64,000 nucleotides of DNA from Eledone cirrhosa (GCA_964016885.1 OZ024741.1:241056001-241120000); one strand, 5' to 3'. Counted from the first letter of the stretch, positions 1 through 13,300 are shown. Program-made: numbers and translations. The notes: a model not told the origin generated them from the letters alone.

Positions 1-2157
1 CTGACTGAAGGCTTATCCGGTCATCCACGCCATTGATGACCTTTTGGAGCTTGGAATCATCAGCGAAAATTTTAATGTTGCTGTGTTTGATGATGTCAGT
101 GATGCCTTGTGGGACCCCACTACTGACTTTGGCTGGGCTGGATTTGACTCCCTCAACTACAACATGTTGGGTTCTGTTTGACAGGAAGCTCTTGATCCAC
201 TGCAGCAGCTTTCCAGTGACACCAATATTGGACAGCTTTCTCAGTAGAATGTTATGATCAACCCTGTCAAAGGCCTTGCTGAAATCAAGGTAGATAACAT
301 CAGTGTTGGAACCCTCTCCCAAGGCTCTCAAAATGTCATCAAAGTGATGCAGTAGCTGCGTCAGGCAATCCCTTCCATTACGGAATCCATGCTGGTTGGA
401 GTTCAGCATATTGTTACTCTCAAGGAAGTGGGTCATTCGCGATCTCACCACTCTCTCAAATACCTTAATGATATGAGAGGTGAGTGAGATTGGACGGTAA
501 TTTACGGCAAGGGATTTGTTTCCTTTTTGAAAACTGGGACAACAGACTGGGATAGAAGGTTTTCTGGCACATATCCAGCATCCAGTGAGTTCCGCCACAG
601 ATTGGCAAGAGGAGATGCAAGTTGGTGTTGACACGCCTTCAAGACACAAGCAGGGAACCTATCGGGACCTACTGCTGAATTATGCTTGATTTCCTTTATT
701 GCCGCCAAGACATCAGGGGCGCCAAACGTTATGTCCGATAAGGTGTAATGGGGAGTAACATCGCCGATACAGCCCAGATCGGCCATATCAGGATTGCTGA
801 AAACAGAGCAGTATTGTTTCTGCAGTATCTCACCCATGGTTTTAGCATTGTCTTGAAGAGTGCCATTTTCATCAATTAGAGGGCCAACAGTAGAGCCAGT
901 GATTTTGTGTTTTTTTGCAAATGAAAAGAACACTTTGGGATTGAGTTTGATCTTCTCAATGGCCCAGGCCTCTTCAGCTCTTCTCTGATTGTTGATGAGG
1001 GACATTATGTTGTTTTGGAGGTTATGTTTTTTAATCTCTAGTGATGAAATGGCAGTCAAGTTGATGTGTTGCTGCTGACAGTATTTCAGCTTGTTGATTT
1101 TTTTGTTCGTTCTCTTAATTTTTCTGATGAGCGTTTTTCTATTTCTAGGGATTCTGCTCTTAGATTTGTTTATAGTTCTTAATGGGGTGTGTTTAGCACA
1201 TATGTTTGTAACAGTGTCCACAAATGACTGCCAGGACTTTTTGATGTTAGTGGGTGTATGAGTGTGCGTGAAGGACCAGTCGACATGTGCAAGATCATGA
1301 CTGATCGCTTCCCAGTTTGCATTGTGGAAATCCATAGCGTCAAACGGATGGACAGGAGAGATGACATTGGGTTTGTATATTGGACGGTGGAATCTCAGAT
1401 CACAGAGAACCATGTCATGATCAGAGAGTAGAGTTTTCTCCACTGCAATATTGTGGATATTGTCAGTGTGATTGCTGAAAATTAAGTCTAGGAGGTTTTT
1501 GTGGCACCTCGTTGGTTCGAGCACCAGTTGGGATAGGAAGAAATCATCCATGAAGTCAAGAAGCGATTCCACTGCTTCCCTGTCAGAGGTTGAGGCAGAA
1601 GAACCTGGTGGCAGGCTGTTTGTGGACCAGTCAACTCCGGGGAGGTTGAAGTCCCCCATCATTAAGATGTTGTCAGGGTGACACTCTTGGATGAAACACT
1701 TTATGCTGTTGAGGCATTCCTTGAAGCATGGTACAGGCGTTTGGGGTGGCCTATAGAGCCCAACTACTAATAGGTTGTTGGTTTGACTGAATACAGTGAC
1801 TGCTTCACAGTATCCATTAGTGAATATGTTCATAGCCTCTGTTGAGAAAGAATTATGGACATAAATGGCAGTTCCGCCCTTTCTTCTGCCAGCGCGATCA
1901 GCACGGATGGCTTTGAAATTTTTCACTTTCACCTCGGCTTCCAAGTGGAGGTTACTGAGATGGGTTTCAGTGAGGACGAAGAAAGGGATGTGGTTTGGAT
2001 GGACATCAATCCAGTCCTCCAGGAATTTGATCTTCCATTTTTGAGTATTGGTGGAAGGGCTGATGCCTTGGGCGTTAAGCAAAAATGTAGAGGCGAGAGT
2101 GGATGGTTTTAATTGTTTTGGTGTGTTGTTAATTTGTTTGTTTGTTAATGGCAGCAA
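1..2157 (-). pseudogene. LINE ORF2 (endonuclease + reverse transcriptase), frameshifted and internally deleted
   Basis: Frameshift at VPVFKK (~520). The usual xLGPLLF..IND segment after GVPQG is missing (~105). FADD lies near 55-70. Confidence 0.88.
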
Positions 2158-2688
2158 TGGGAGTTTGTGCAGTGGGGTGATAGTGGAGGGTGGTGCTGGG
2201 TGATAGCTCGAATGTTTTTTTCCAGTTCTTTTGCCAGATTCATTATGGCTAAAAAAGAGGAAGAAGTTTCCTGTTTAGAAGACTGTTGGTGACTGTGGTA
2301 GTGGTTATTTTTATGTAGGTTATGGTTTTTGTTTTTGCTTTTATTTTTAATTTTATTTTCATTTGTCCGACGGGTCCCCGGGAGATGGGTAAAGGGACAA
2401 TCCCGGTCTAAACACAATCTGTCTCGCAGGGAAAAGCGGCAGATTTGTGGATTCCTTGTTTGAGTTATTGGTGGTTGTGTTGGTGTTAAATTAGAGTATG
2501 TATTATGGTGGTGGCTGTTTGTGGGGATAGATCGTTTTGTCCTAGGTAAATGGGTGAATTTGCAGCCACTATCCGTACATATTCTATAGCGTAGAGAGTA
2601 GCGGAAAATGATGGGGTTTCGAGTGGGTGGGTATGTGGGTGTGTGTGTTGTGAGAGGTGTAGATGATGGTTTGAGTAGGATTTGACGT
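1..2688 (-). mobile_element. CR1/Jockey-group non-LTR retrotransposon (ORF1 remnant + APE-RT ORF2), degenerate, runs off the window start
   Basis: ORF 502-2157 has APE endonuclease motifs (LNAQG, LTETHL, GGTAIYV, GLYRPP, MGDFNLP, LDLIF, SDH). After a frameshift near 520 the minus strand reads NYRPISLTSHIIKVFERVV..NQHGFRNGRDCLTQLL..YLDFSKAFDRVDH..SGVPQG..IFADDSKL. Confidence 0.92.
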
Positions 2689-2939
2689 TGAGCAAGACAC
2701 TTTATTTCACATTGCTCCAGTTTACTCTGTAGAAAGGAGATGATAGGACTGGGGACTATATCATTCCACTACAAAGTGGCCGTGGAGGTGCCACGGCAAA
2801 AAAGCACCCAGCACTCACTGTAAATGAGGTTGGTGTTAGGAAGGGCATCCAGCTGTAGAAATCAAGCCAGAATCAGTTCCCGGCCACCCTTGCAAGCAGG
2901 GAAAAGCGGGCGTAAAATAATGATGATGATGATGATGAT
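2688..2939 (+). mobile_element. tRNA-derived SINE family A, headless 3' portion with (ATG)n tail
   Basis: Near-identical to the internal and 3' parts of 42025-42368 and 48981-49323. Confidence 0.9.
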
Positions 2940-3303
2940 TTAAAGGTTAAACAAGGTTCGATGAATAAATCAAAGAATTGGTTTTACAATAGATTAGAAG
3001 CACTCAACAGTATTGGTTTTCCGGAGTTATTAATATTCATTCAAAGTATTAACAAAAATAGAACTTCATTGTGATCAAGTATATTTTATTATACATATTT
3101 CAGAGGTACTGAGCTAACTTCAACAGTACGTCCTCATCAGTCATGACTGGATCTTAACCATCTACTTTGTCAGGGTATGTCATGCATCATCTTATTTTAT
3201 CTGATGAGGACGTATCGTTGAAGTTAGCTCAGTACCTTTGAAATATGTATAATAAAATATACTTGATCACAATGAAGTTCTATTTTTGTTAATACTTTGA
3301 ATG
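2940..3303. mobile_element. Fold-back element with hammerhead motif (Penelope-like pLTR remnant)
   Basis: Inverted repeat ~3038-3140 / 3201-3303, ending at (TA)n. Related to 13724-14104. Confidence 0.75.
3193..3259 (+). ncRNA. Minimal type I hammerhead ribozyme motif
   Basis: TATTTTAT-CTGATGA-stem II-GAAA-TATGTA-TA-ATAAAATA, with an 8-bp perfect stem I. Confidence 0.7.
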
Positions 3304-3312
3304 TATATATAT

Positions 3313-3725
3313 ATAGTGAAATGTATTAGTGTGGTGTCGCACATGTTAAACAGAAGGTGCAGAAAGAATAATGTTATATACAAATAAGGTTTAAGAAGTG
3401 AAAAGAAAAAAAGAAAAAGGAAAAAAAACATGCATAATGTGGAACGTAAAGAGTCAATGTGGAAGAAAAAATAATTGTAAATAACATTATTTTTTTCTTC
3501 CACATTGACGTTTTACGTTCCACATCATGCACGTTTTTTTTTCCTTTTTCTTTTTTCTTTTCACTTCTTAAACCTTGTTTGTATAGAACATTATTCTTTC
3601 TGCACCTTCTGTTTAACATGTGCGACACCACACTAATACATTTCACTATCATTTGATAATGCATATAAATGCTGAAACCGGTAATAGACAATAATTAAAT
3701 ATATAAATAGTAAATGCCATTGTTA
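3313..3725. mobile_element. Fold-back element (arms ~3313-3474 / 3487-3649) followed by a hammerhead-like motif
   Basis: Near-perfect ~160-bp palindrome, then TTGATAA-tgcatataaatgct-GAAA-CCGG-TA at 3653-3682. Confidence 0.65.
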
Positions 3726-3874
3726 AATAATAATAAAAATCAACTAATACCTTAACACTTCACACAAAGTAAAACATTTCGTTTTAATCATTTTCTAACC
3801 CAGAAAAAAGAGAGAGAGAAACAAAAAAGGAAAAAAAAAATGTTTCTTCCTCATAATCGTCTCTTTCTCCCTGT

Positions 3875-3955
<81 letters not shown>

Positions 3956-4595
3956 GATTATTCCAAATTGAAGGATAAGTATTTACCCTTAATTTTATTC
4001 TGAGTTAAGATTCTATTGGTTTTTTTCCCTGGATTACACAAAATCTGTGGATAAAATTTCTGTCTTGACTTTTTTTTTAAAATTGAGATTGAATTATTTT
4101 CCCATATCTTACGTTAAATATTTTCCATCTTGACGTAATAGTCACTTATATGTATGAATTACTGTTGGCTTCTTGCTCACATTAATTTCTCTATTTTCAT
4201 TTATATATATATATATATATATATAAATATAAGTATGTATACGCACATACATATATGTATACAGACGTACTGAATTATGTATATATATATACATACATGC
4301 ACACATATATATATGTACGTATGGATTCACCGAATATTTATTATAATGCTCGGTGTGTTTGTAAACAAACATCCCAAATTAAGCCTACAGTGTCTAGCAA
4401 CCATTGTTGCTCATTTGTTCAACACTGACAGAGGAACGCTCTACTAGTTTCAAGCTTATTAGCTATCGTCAGCAACGTATACCTTCCTGCCAGATGATTG
4501 AAGGTCTGAAAGTATATACTTTCCTTATGCATATTAACGGCTGAGCAGCCTAATTTGCATATCGAGTGAATTAATCGGCCGGGGCACCGAAAACG

Positions 4596-5416
<821 letters not shown>

Positions 5417-5899
5417 TAAAATAATGATGACGACAATGATGATGATACTAAAGACTAATATAAATGAATAGGTCACCAGGTTTACAAGAAATATCACTGT
5501 CCATTGACCTCCAGTCAAAATTGCCAATTTTACCAGGCATTTCTCTATAGAATCACTTTTTCTGATTCTCTATTTAAAGTGATCTGAATGAGTACTTCCG
5601 GTGAGATGGGAGTGAGGAGGAGAAGAAGATTCTACAAGATATATATAATATAACTGCTGCGTTGATTATTTCTAGATTCTTGCTCTTCACAGATCTCCTG
5701 TCTGCTGTCTGATTCTCTAAAAGACAGAAAAAAAAAACAACAAAAGAAAACCAACAACACTAATAATAACAAAATCTCTCAAATCCCTGATGTGGTTCTT
5801 TAGAATCTACTTGTTGGTTATGTTGTTCTGGGCCTGAAATCTTATTCAAGCATGTATTTATACTATAAGAAAATCTGGAGGATGTGATGATGGCAGTAA

Positions 5900-7480
5900 T
5901 ATTGGTGTTGGTGTTACTGGTGTTGGTGTTGGTGTTACTGGTGTTGGTGTTGGTGCTGGTGTTGCTGTTGGTGTTGGTGTTGGTGTTGGTGTTACTGGTG
6001 TTGGTGCTGGTGTTGGTGTTGGTGTTGGTGGTACTGGTGTTTGTGTTGGTGTTGGTGTTGGTGATTGTGTTGGTATTACTGGTGTTGGTGTTGGTGTTGG
6101 TGCTGGTGTTGCTGTTGGTGGTGGTGGTGTTGGTGATTGTGTTGGTGTTACTGGTGTTGGTGCTGGTGTTGGTGTTGGTGGTACTGGTGTTTGTGTTGGT
6201 GTTGGTGCTGGTGTTGGTGTTGGTGTTACTGGTGTTGGTGTTGGTGTTGGTGTTGGTGGTACTGGTGTTTGTGTTGGTGTTGGTGCTGGTGTTGGTGTTG
6301 GTGTTACTGGTGTTGGTGCTGGTGTTGGTGTTGGTGTTACTGGTGTTGGTGCTGGTGTTGGTGTTGGTGTTGGTGTTGGTGCTGGTGTTGGTGTTGGTGT
6401 TGGTGGTACTGATGTTTGTGTTGGTGTTGGTGCTGGTGTTGGTGTTGGTGTTACTGGTGTTGGTGCTGGTGTTGGTGTTGGTGTTACTGGTGTTGGTGCT
6501 GGTGTTGGTGTTGGTGTTGGTGTTGGTGCTGGTGTTGGTGTTGGTGTTGGTGGTACTGATGTTTGTGTTGGTGTTGGTGCTGGTGTTGGTGTTGGTGTTA
6601 CTGGTGTTGGTGCTGGTGTTGGTGTTGGTGTTACTGGTGTTGGTGCTGGTGTTGGTGTTGGTGTTACTGGTGTTGGTGCTGGTGTTGGTGTTGGTGTTGG
6701 TGTTGGTGCTGGTGTTGGTGTTGGTGGTACTGATGTTTGTGTTGGTGTTGGTGCTGGTGTTGGTGTTGGTGTTACTGGTGTTGGTGCTGGTGTTGGTGTT
6801 GGTGTTACTGGTGTTGGTGCTGGTGTTGGTGTTGGTGTTGGTGGTACTGATGTTTGTGTTGGTGTTGGTGCTGGTGTTGGTGTTGGTGTTAATGGTGTTG
6901 GTGCTGGTGTTGGTGTTGGTGTTGGTGGTACTGATGTTTGTGTTGGTGTTGGTGCTGGTGTTGGTGTTGGTGTTAATGGTGTTGGTGCTGGTGTTGGTGT
7001 TGGTGGTACTGGTGTTTGTGTTGGTGTTGGTGTTGGTGTTGGTGTTACTGGTGTTGGTGCTGGTGTTGGTGTTGGTGTTGGTGTTATCGTTGGTGTTGGT
7101 GTTGGTGTTGGTGGTACTGGTGTTGGTGTTGGGGGTACTGGTGTTGGTGTTGGTGTTGGGGGTACTGGTGTTGGTGTTGGTGTTGGGGGTACTGGTGTTG
7201 GTGTTGGTGTTGCTGTTGGGGGTACTGGTGTTGGTGTTGGGGGTACTGGTGTTGGTGTTGGTGTTGGGGGTACTGGTGTTGGTGTTGGTGTTGGGGGTAC
7301 TGGTGTTGGTGTTGGTGTTGCTGTTGGGGTACTGGTGTTGGTGTTGGTGTTGCTGTTGGTGTTGGTGTTGGGGGTACTGGTGTTGGTGTTGGTGTTGGGG
7401 GTACTGGTGTTGGTGTTGGTGTTGCTGTTGGGGTACTGGTGTTGGTGTTGGTGTTGCTGTTGGTGGTGCTGGTGTCAGTA
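5900..7480. repeat. (GGTGTT)n-derived degenerate tandem repeat
   Basis: 6-bp periodic array with TTACT/GTACT/GCT variants. Confidence 0.95.
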
Positions 7481-8045
7481 CTGGTGGTGTTGTTCTAGAT
7501 GCTGGTTTTGGTCTCAGTACTGGTGGTGTTGATGCTGATGCTAGTGTTAGTGGAGGTGGTGGCAGTGATGGTGTGGCTACTGTTGTTTGCAGGGTGGGGC
7601 TGGTGTGTTGGATGGGTTTTAGTAGTGGTAGTAGTGATAGTTGAGGGGGCGGGGGACGGGTGAGTTGTCAGTTTAATGAAATGTCAGTTAACACAAGAGA
7701 TCTGAGGAAGAGAGAGGGGGAAGCTATCTCAGTTGTGGCATGGGTGGGGTGATGGTGTTTGTGTGTTTCTATACCTGTAGTTGTTGTTGGTGTTGTTATT
7801 GATAATTTGTATGTTTAAGCGTGCTGATGTGGTTGTGTGTGTGTGTGTAACTTATGTATGCATATATGTAAGTATAAGTATATAGATATCTAAGTATATG
7901 TATGTATATATGTAAGTATATGCATGCATATAAATATAAGTATATGTATGTATATATAAATATAAGTATATATATGTATATACATGCATATATGTAAGTA
8001 TATGTATGTATATATGTAAGTATATGTGTAAGTATATGTATGTAT

Positions 8046-8238
8046 GGGTCACTCTTGAATGTTACTGGTAAAATGTAACCCAGTACAACCTGTCACATGG
8101 TTGGGTTGTCAGCAACTAAACCGGCAACCCAACCAAGTATACTTGGTGTGGAGGGTGATTTTGGACTCCCTGCAGGACAAAAAGCAAACCTGACAAAGGG
8201 CCGAAAAACTCATAAGAGTCAATGGTCATTCAAAAATG
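8046..8238 (+). mobile_element. 5' part of a diverged (ATGT)n-tailed non-autonomous retroelement
   Basis: Colinear similarity to 54600-54790. Confidence 0.7.
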
Positions 8239-8276
8239 TATAAATATGTATATACATGTATGCATATGTATATATG

Positions 8277-8364
<88 letters not shown>

Positions 8365-8367
<3 letters not shown>

Positions 8368-9457
8368 GACGTGGACGATATTTGTTCGCAATTTTCAACT
8401 GCTAATTTTATGCAAATTTTTTTTACTTCCGTTGTCACACTTGTCTTCATAAAAACAGTGATTATATTTCAATTATTTATTTTCAGAATAATTGATTATG
8501 AATAATTTTGAACCTCCAAATTTGTGGAAGAGACACGGAGTTCTTCTTGGAATGCGCCGGGAGGACAAATAAGGAAATTTCAGACTTTCTCAGCGTCAGC
8601 AGGAGAATGGTGGAAAAGGTCAGAAAGGAATTGAAAGATTCAGGATTCGACTACGAAGCAACATCAGAGAGGAAAACACAGGATCGACGATCTGACGCCT
8701 TCAGAACGCCCGAGTTCGTCGCTGAAGTTCAGGATATCATCAACAATGAATCTAGCAAGTCAATGCGTGCCATTGCAAGGGAGGAAGACGTGGATGAAAA
8801 GCTCATTAGGCTGGTGGTACATGAAGACATTCGCTATGTTTCATACAAGGTGAGGAAAGGACAATTTCTGTCAAAGGCGATGCAAGAAAAGCGACTGAAG
8901 CATGCAAAGAAGCTGATCAACAAGTTGAAACACCCACTGGAGCCAGACATGCTGTGGTTTTTCTCTGACAAGAAAAACTTCTGCCAAGACTAGAAGATCA
9001 ACTCCCAGAACAACAGTTGGCTCGCTGTCTCATCCAAAGACATGCCCAGAGTCATGCAGACAAAGTTTCCAGCAACAACATTGGTCTTAGGTGTCGTCAG
9101 TAGTCAAGGTGACGTCATGCCACCTCACTTCTTCCTTGAGGGCCTGAAGCTGAACACCAATGGCTACATTCTGAGCGAGGTAGTAACATATCTAGCTGCA
9201 ATACTAAAGACAATCTGAAGGCCAGGATTTCAAGTGCCTTTAAGGGCGTAAGTCGGGGGACAGTGACGAAGGCCTGTAGCCGGTTCCGAGGCTGCTTGAG
9301 GCCGTCATCAAAGCCAATGGCGGGTTTATCGAGTGAGATCGAAAGAACAAGTCATGAAGACAAACTGACCCAAGTTTGATAAATACATCTTAAAAAATAA
9401 AACTACTGTGTTATTTTTTCCTAGAGTGTAATCTTGCGAACAAATATCGTCCGCACC

Positions 9458-9460
<3 letters not shown>
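8365..9460 (+). mobile_element. Tc1/mariner-superfamily (maT/DD37D-like) DNA transposon, internally deleted
   Basis: 27-bp TIRs (caggacgtggacgatatttgttcgcaa / ttgcgaacaaatatcgtccgcaccctg) with TA flanks. HTH ORF 8508-8993 ends in WFFSDKKNF, then a stop. Continues TKFPATTLVLGVVSSQGDVMPPHFF; C-terminus AVIKANGGFIE. The second and third catalytic Asp regions are deleted near 9180. Confidence 0.9.
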
Positions 9461-9506
<46 letters not shown>

Positions 9507-9539
9507 AATCTGTATATATATGCGCGAGGACATAGAAAT

Positions 9540-9880
9540 AATTGGGCTGGATCGCACGGTTAGACCACTGGGAGTGAAGGACCCCTAGCCTTTGTCAGGG
9601 CATTCTTCTAGGAGAAGGCAACTCAGGAAATTGGGATAACTCTGACAAAACCTGTGTCTCAGTAGTTACCGATGATGTTGATCTTTTCTTCTTTGCGGGT
9701 TATAGCTACTGTTGCTCAGAGAGTGGGATTGGCTCAGTGCACAGTCTTTCCTCACTTTAAAAAAAAATGTTCATGCACAGGCATTGCACGATAGCATTAA
9801 TTGATAATTATTAATAATCATCAATAATGTTATATTGTGCAATGGCCATACTCGATAACGAGGGGACAGCCATTATATGT
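9540..9880 (+). mobile_element. 3' part of the same diverged (ATGT)n-tailed element
   Basis: ccctagcctttgtcaggg..ttctaggagaagg..ggccatactcgataacgag..gccatta(tgta)n matches 54805-55215. Confidence 0.7.
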
Positions 9881-10009
9881 ATGTATATATGTATGTATTT
9901 ATGTTAGTATATGTATGTATATATGTAAGTATATGCATGCATATATATAAGTATATGAATGTATATGTGTAAGTATATATGTAAGTATATTTATGCACAT
10001 ATAAGTGTT

Positions 10010-10290
10010 AGATTTCCATGAGTTTCAACAAGTGCTCCAGTTGTTCAAACAATGGAACAGCCTGCACATGAAAAATTCCCCTGTAAGTGGCTGAACATTT
10101 CACAGACACGTACACCCTTAACATAGTTCCCTTAGAGATTCAGCATGACACTAGGTGTAACAAAGCTGGCTCTTTGAATTACAGGTACAGCTCATTTTTG
10201 CCAGCTGGATCAACTAGAGTAACATGAAACACAATGCATTGCTAGGGAATCAAACTTATGACCTTGTGATTATGAGCTGAACATACTGTT
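10010..10290 (-). mobile_element. Old SINE (family C)
   Basis: Reverse-complement similarity to 52800-52960. Decayed tRNA-like head near 10245-10285. Confidence 0.6.
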
Positions 10291-10381
10291 TGTGTGCATG
10301 TGTAATGGGAGTGAAAGCTAGCAATGAAAAGAATTGATGATCAGAGAGTAATTGATAGAGATAGATCCAAGACTGCGTCAT

Positions 10382-10687
10382 CAGAGTTGGATTAAGACCT
10401 TGGGCACCAGGGGCACTTCAGGTTTATGGGAGGCTCTTCATACACAAAAAATTAGAATACACAGAACCCTCCCCCACCCCCACCACCACCAATTTTACAT
10501 ATCAAAGTTAGCTTGGCTCAAGTAATTTGAATTAAATTCAAAAATTCTAACCAACCTAAAACTAATAAACCCAACTGAGGGCACAAATAAATTGTTGCAG
10601 CTGTCACTGGTGACCCCCTCCCCCCCCCCCCCCCTGCAGTGTGCCCAGGGCAATTGCCTCCTTTGCACCACATTAAATTTGGCCCTG
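10382..10687. mobile_element. Possible hAT-like MITE remnant
   Basis: Imperfect termini cagagttggattaa / ttaaatttggccctg. Confidence 0.35.
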
Positions 10688-11100
10688 AGTGCCATCCCTC
10701 CTTACACAATTAGCACGAGGGGAAAGCGACAAGGGAATATTAAAGGGGCACACTGATTGGCGAGTGATAGATGAGACCAGTAATGAAGAAAAAGGAGAAC
10801 AAAATATCGGACTTAACCCTTTTCATACCAACCCTTCCAAAGCAGCCCTTTATTATACAAAACAAAGCTATCCATTTCAAAGGGCTCCTGTTTAAATTTA
10901 AGTCTTCCAACATAATTTGATGTATGAACCATTTGTTAAGTTATGTTTCAAATAGTATCTCGATAATGAAATAACTAATAGTTTTTCTAAACTGTTCACT
11001 TTCCTGACATTTGTACATTATTCTACGTACCACACATGCACCTTTGATGAGTTATAGTGCACCTGAGTACTGTATACAATCATTTTATTATTATTATTAT

Positions 11101-11987
11101 CGCTGGAAACTCCACCTTGGCTTTCCATAGAGGATTAGTGGAAGGAAAGAGCAATGACGTCCTTGGGGAGACTCTAGGTGTCTACGAAAACCTACTAGCC
11201 AATCTCTTTGGGAGAACTTTTGGGCCGGGGCCCATGGACAACTTCCAGAAATCCCTGGCCTGGCAGTGCTTCCAAGGAGCCTTGCCAGTTCGAGATAAAC
11301 TCTACAGGCATGGAAGTGCCGTCAGCCGAGCCTGTCCGAGATGCGCGCAGGCCGATGAAACGTCCTGCACACACTTGTCCAGTGTCCGAGCATTGCTGAC
11401 TTGTGGGTTTATGCTGAACACCTGCTGTCATGTGTAGAACGGATCTGGCTATCAGCTGAGTCTATCGTGAAGATTGCCCCGCCGCCTTCCTTTAGCTGAG
11501 AAGGGCTGGCAGTTTTTATCTTCCTGGTGGCCATGGTAAAACAGATTGTATGGTGGACACGTCTGAAAGGGCTGAAGACGAGCACTTACCTCTTCAGTGA
11601 TGCCCTCATTAACTTTTTCAGGTTTCACCTGAAGAGGAAAATCAGGGTGGAGAGGGAAGTGCTGACCTCCAGCCAATTTGTTGAAAGGTGGGTGAGAGAG
11701 GCAAGAATGGCCTGTGTGAATGGGTCTACCCTGAGCGTGTGCCTGTAGCATTGTAGGAGAAAAACTGGAAGAGGGCATTTGCCCTAGCAATCAGGGTAAT
11801 CGTGGCTTTTCTTCTAGGCTTTCTCCACGAGCAACCCTCGGAGGTCTCGCCCCTATTGGGATTTTTTCATTGTTTCCTTTTGTCATACTGTTTTTATTTT
11901 TTTTACATGCAGAAATGCCCATTTGTATTGTCCTGTGTTGTCCTTAATGTTATACTTTTGTGTCAACTCTTGTAGTTAATAAAGAAT
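11101..11987 (+). mobile_element. Tx1/L1-clade LINE 3' fragment
   Basis: LAWQCFQGALPVRDKL..CPRC...ET..H...C (zf-RVT type) and a 3'UTR ending AATAAAGAA. Flanked by (ATT)n on both sides. Confidence 0.8.
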
Positions 11988-12029
11988 GCATTGTTATTAT
12001 TATTATTTTTATTAGTATTATCATTATTA

Positions 12030-12170
12030 CGGCCCTTGCCATTCTGAGTTCAAATCCCGCCGAAGTTAACTCTGCCTTTCATCCTTACGGGGTCGATAAA
12101 ATAAAGTACCAGTAATGCACTGGTAATTGCTGGCCTTGTGCCAAAAGTAGAAACAATTATTATTATTATT
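12030..12170 (+). mobile_element. SINE family B, partial
   Basis: B-box GAGTTCAAATCC, body gcctttcatccttacggggtcgataaaataaagtacc, (ATT)n tail. Confidence 0.88.
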
Positions 12171-12642
12171 AAATCATTGCAAATTCTTCAATAATTGATT
12201 TGAGTACAGTGTATTTCATTAGCATTATGGTTGTTGTAGCCCTGCTTTGGTTACAACCTGAGTCAGCAACAGTATGATATAACAAGAAGAAGTCCGCTTT
12301 GCATACACTGGTGAATGTATTTCATATAGAATCATACTGAAAAATAGTGAAACATTACCTGTATGAACTCTCAGTACAAATAAAATACATATGAGCTGAA
12401 TACAGGTTTTATTTTTCTGAGAAAATTTGGATTTTAATGAACCTCTTCAAACTGCAAAATATTTCTTAGCTTAGGTAATTTATATGTTTAGTTATAGCAA
12501 GAACCAACCATATAATCTACTTAAACTGAAAGAATAATTTGTAGTCTGAAAAGAGACTCATTAAAGCCCAAAACTTCAAAATCACTGCTACCTTTCTTTT
12601 TCTTTGAAATATAATACCAAGCATAAATATGCATATACATGC

Positions 12643-12678
<36 letters not shown>

Positions 12679-12740
12679 ATGTGTGTGTGTGAGGTTGACA
12701 GCTGAAAGAAAGAGTACACAATACCAAAGTAGAGTTTAAA

Positions 12741-12852
12741 CATTCATTTTATTACAGCTAAATAAAGAGTCTTGTAGTCTGGAGTTTTGCATGTTTATTA
12801 CAGGCGAACTCCAGAGTAACAAGACTCCCTGTTTTGCCTTAATAAAAAGAAT
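12741..12852. repeat. Imperfect inverted repeat abutting (TA)n
   Basis: tttttatta..gagtcttgt..ctggagtt / aactccag..acaagactc..taataaaaa. Confidence 0.55.
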
Positions 12853-12861
12853 ATATATATA

Positions 12862-12914
12862 TAGGAAAAGAGTCAGGACCCCAACAGCTGAGCTCTGGCC
12901 GTTTCGACAGCTAG
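12862..12914 (-). mobile_element. Hammerhead-family end (ggccagag subfamily)
   Basis: Reverse complement of 14519-14572 with few mismatches. Confidence 0.75.
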
Positions 12915-13111
12915 AGGAATGTCCGCAGGTTTTGGAATATGACGACGATTGAAAATTTAAAAAATAGAATTATCGGGTTTTGCTGTATTTGGCAATTGGA
13001 AAGACCAATGAAAACATAATTTCCTTGATCCAATTTGATGAGCTCCATCTCACTCATTAAGTGAATGAGGTCTGGGCTTTTCTTGATCGACTTAATCTCA
13101 AATGCTATTAA

Positions 13112-13300
13112 TAATTGTTTCTACTTTAGGCACAAGGCCAGCAATTACCCAGTACATTACTGGTACTTTATTTTATCGACCCCGTAAGGATGAAAGGCAA
13201 AGTTAACCTCGGCGGGATTTGAACTCAGACTGTAAAGGGACGTAACTATGCTAGAAAGCATGGCATCTGACCCTCTACCGATACTGCCAATCCACCGCCC
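13112..13300 (-). mobile_element. SINE family B, full length with target-site duplication
   Basis: ctcaaatgctattaataat is repeated at 13097-13115 and 13300-13318. Confidence 0.92.

Noticed and set aside
33-2112. Short + strand ORFs over the LINE (likewise antisense ORFs over Dong and RTE)
   Set aside because: They are antisense shadows of retrotransposon coding sequence.
5884-7644. 586-aa Val/Leu ORF on the + strand
   Set aside because: Pure (GGTGTT)n translation.
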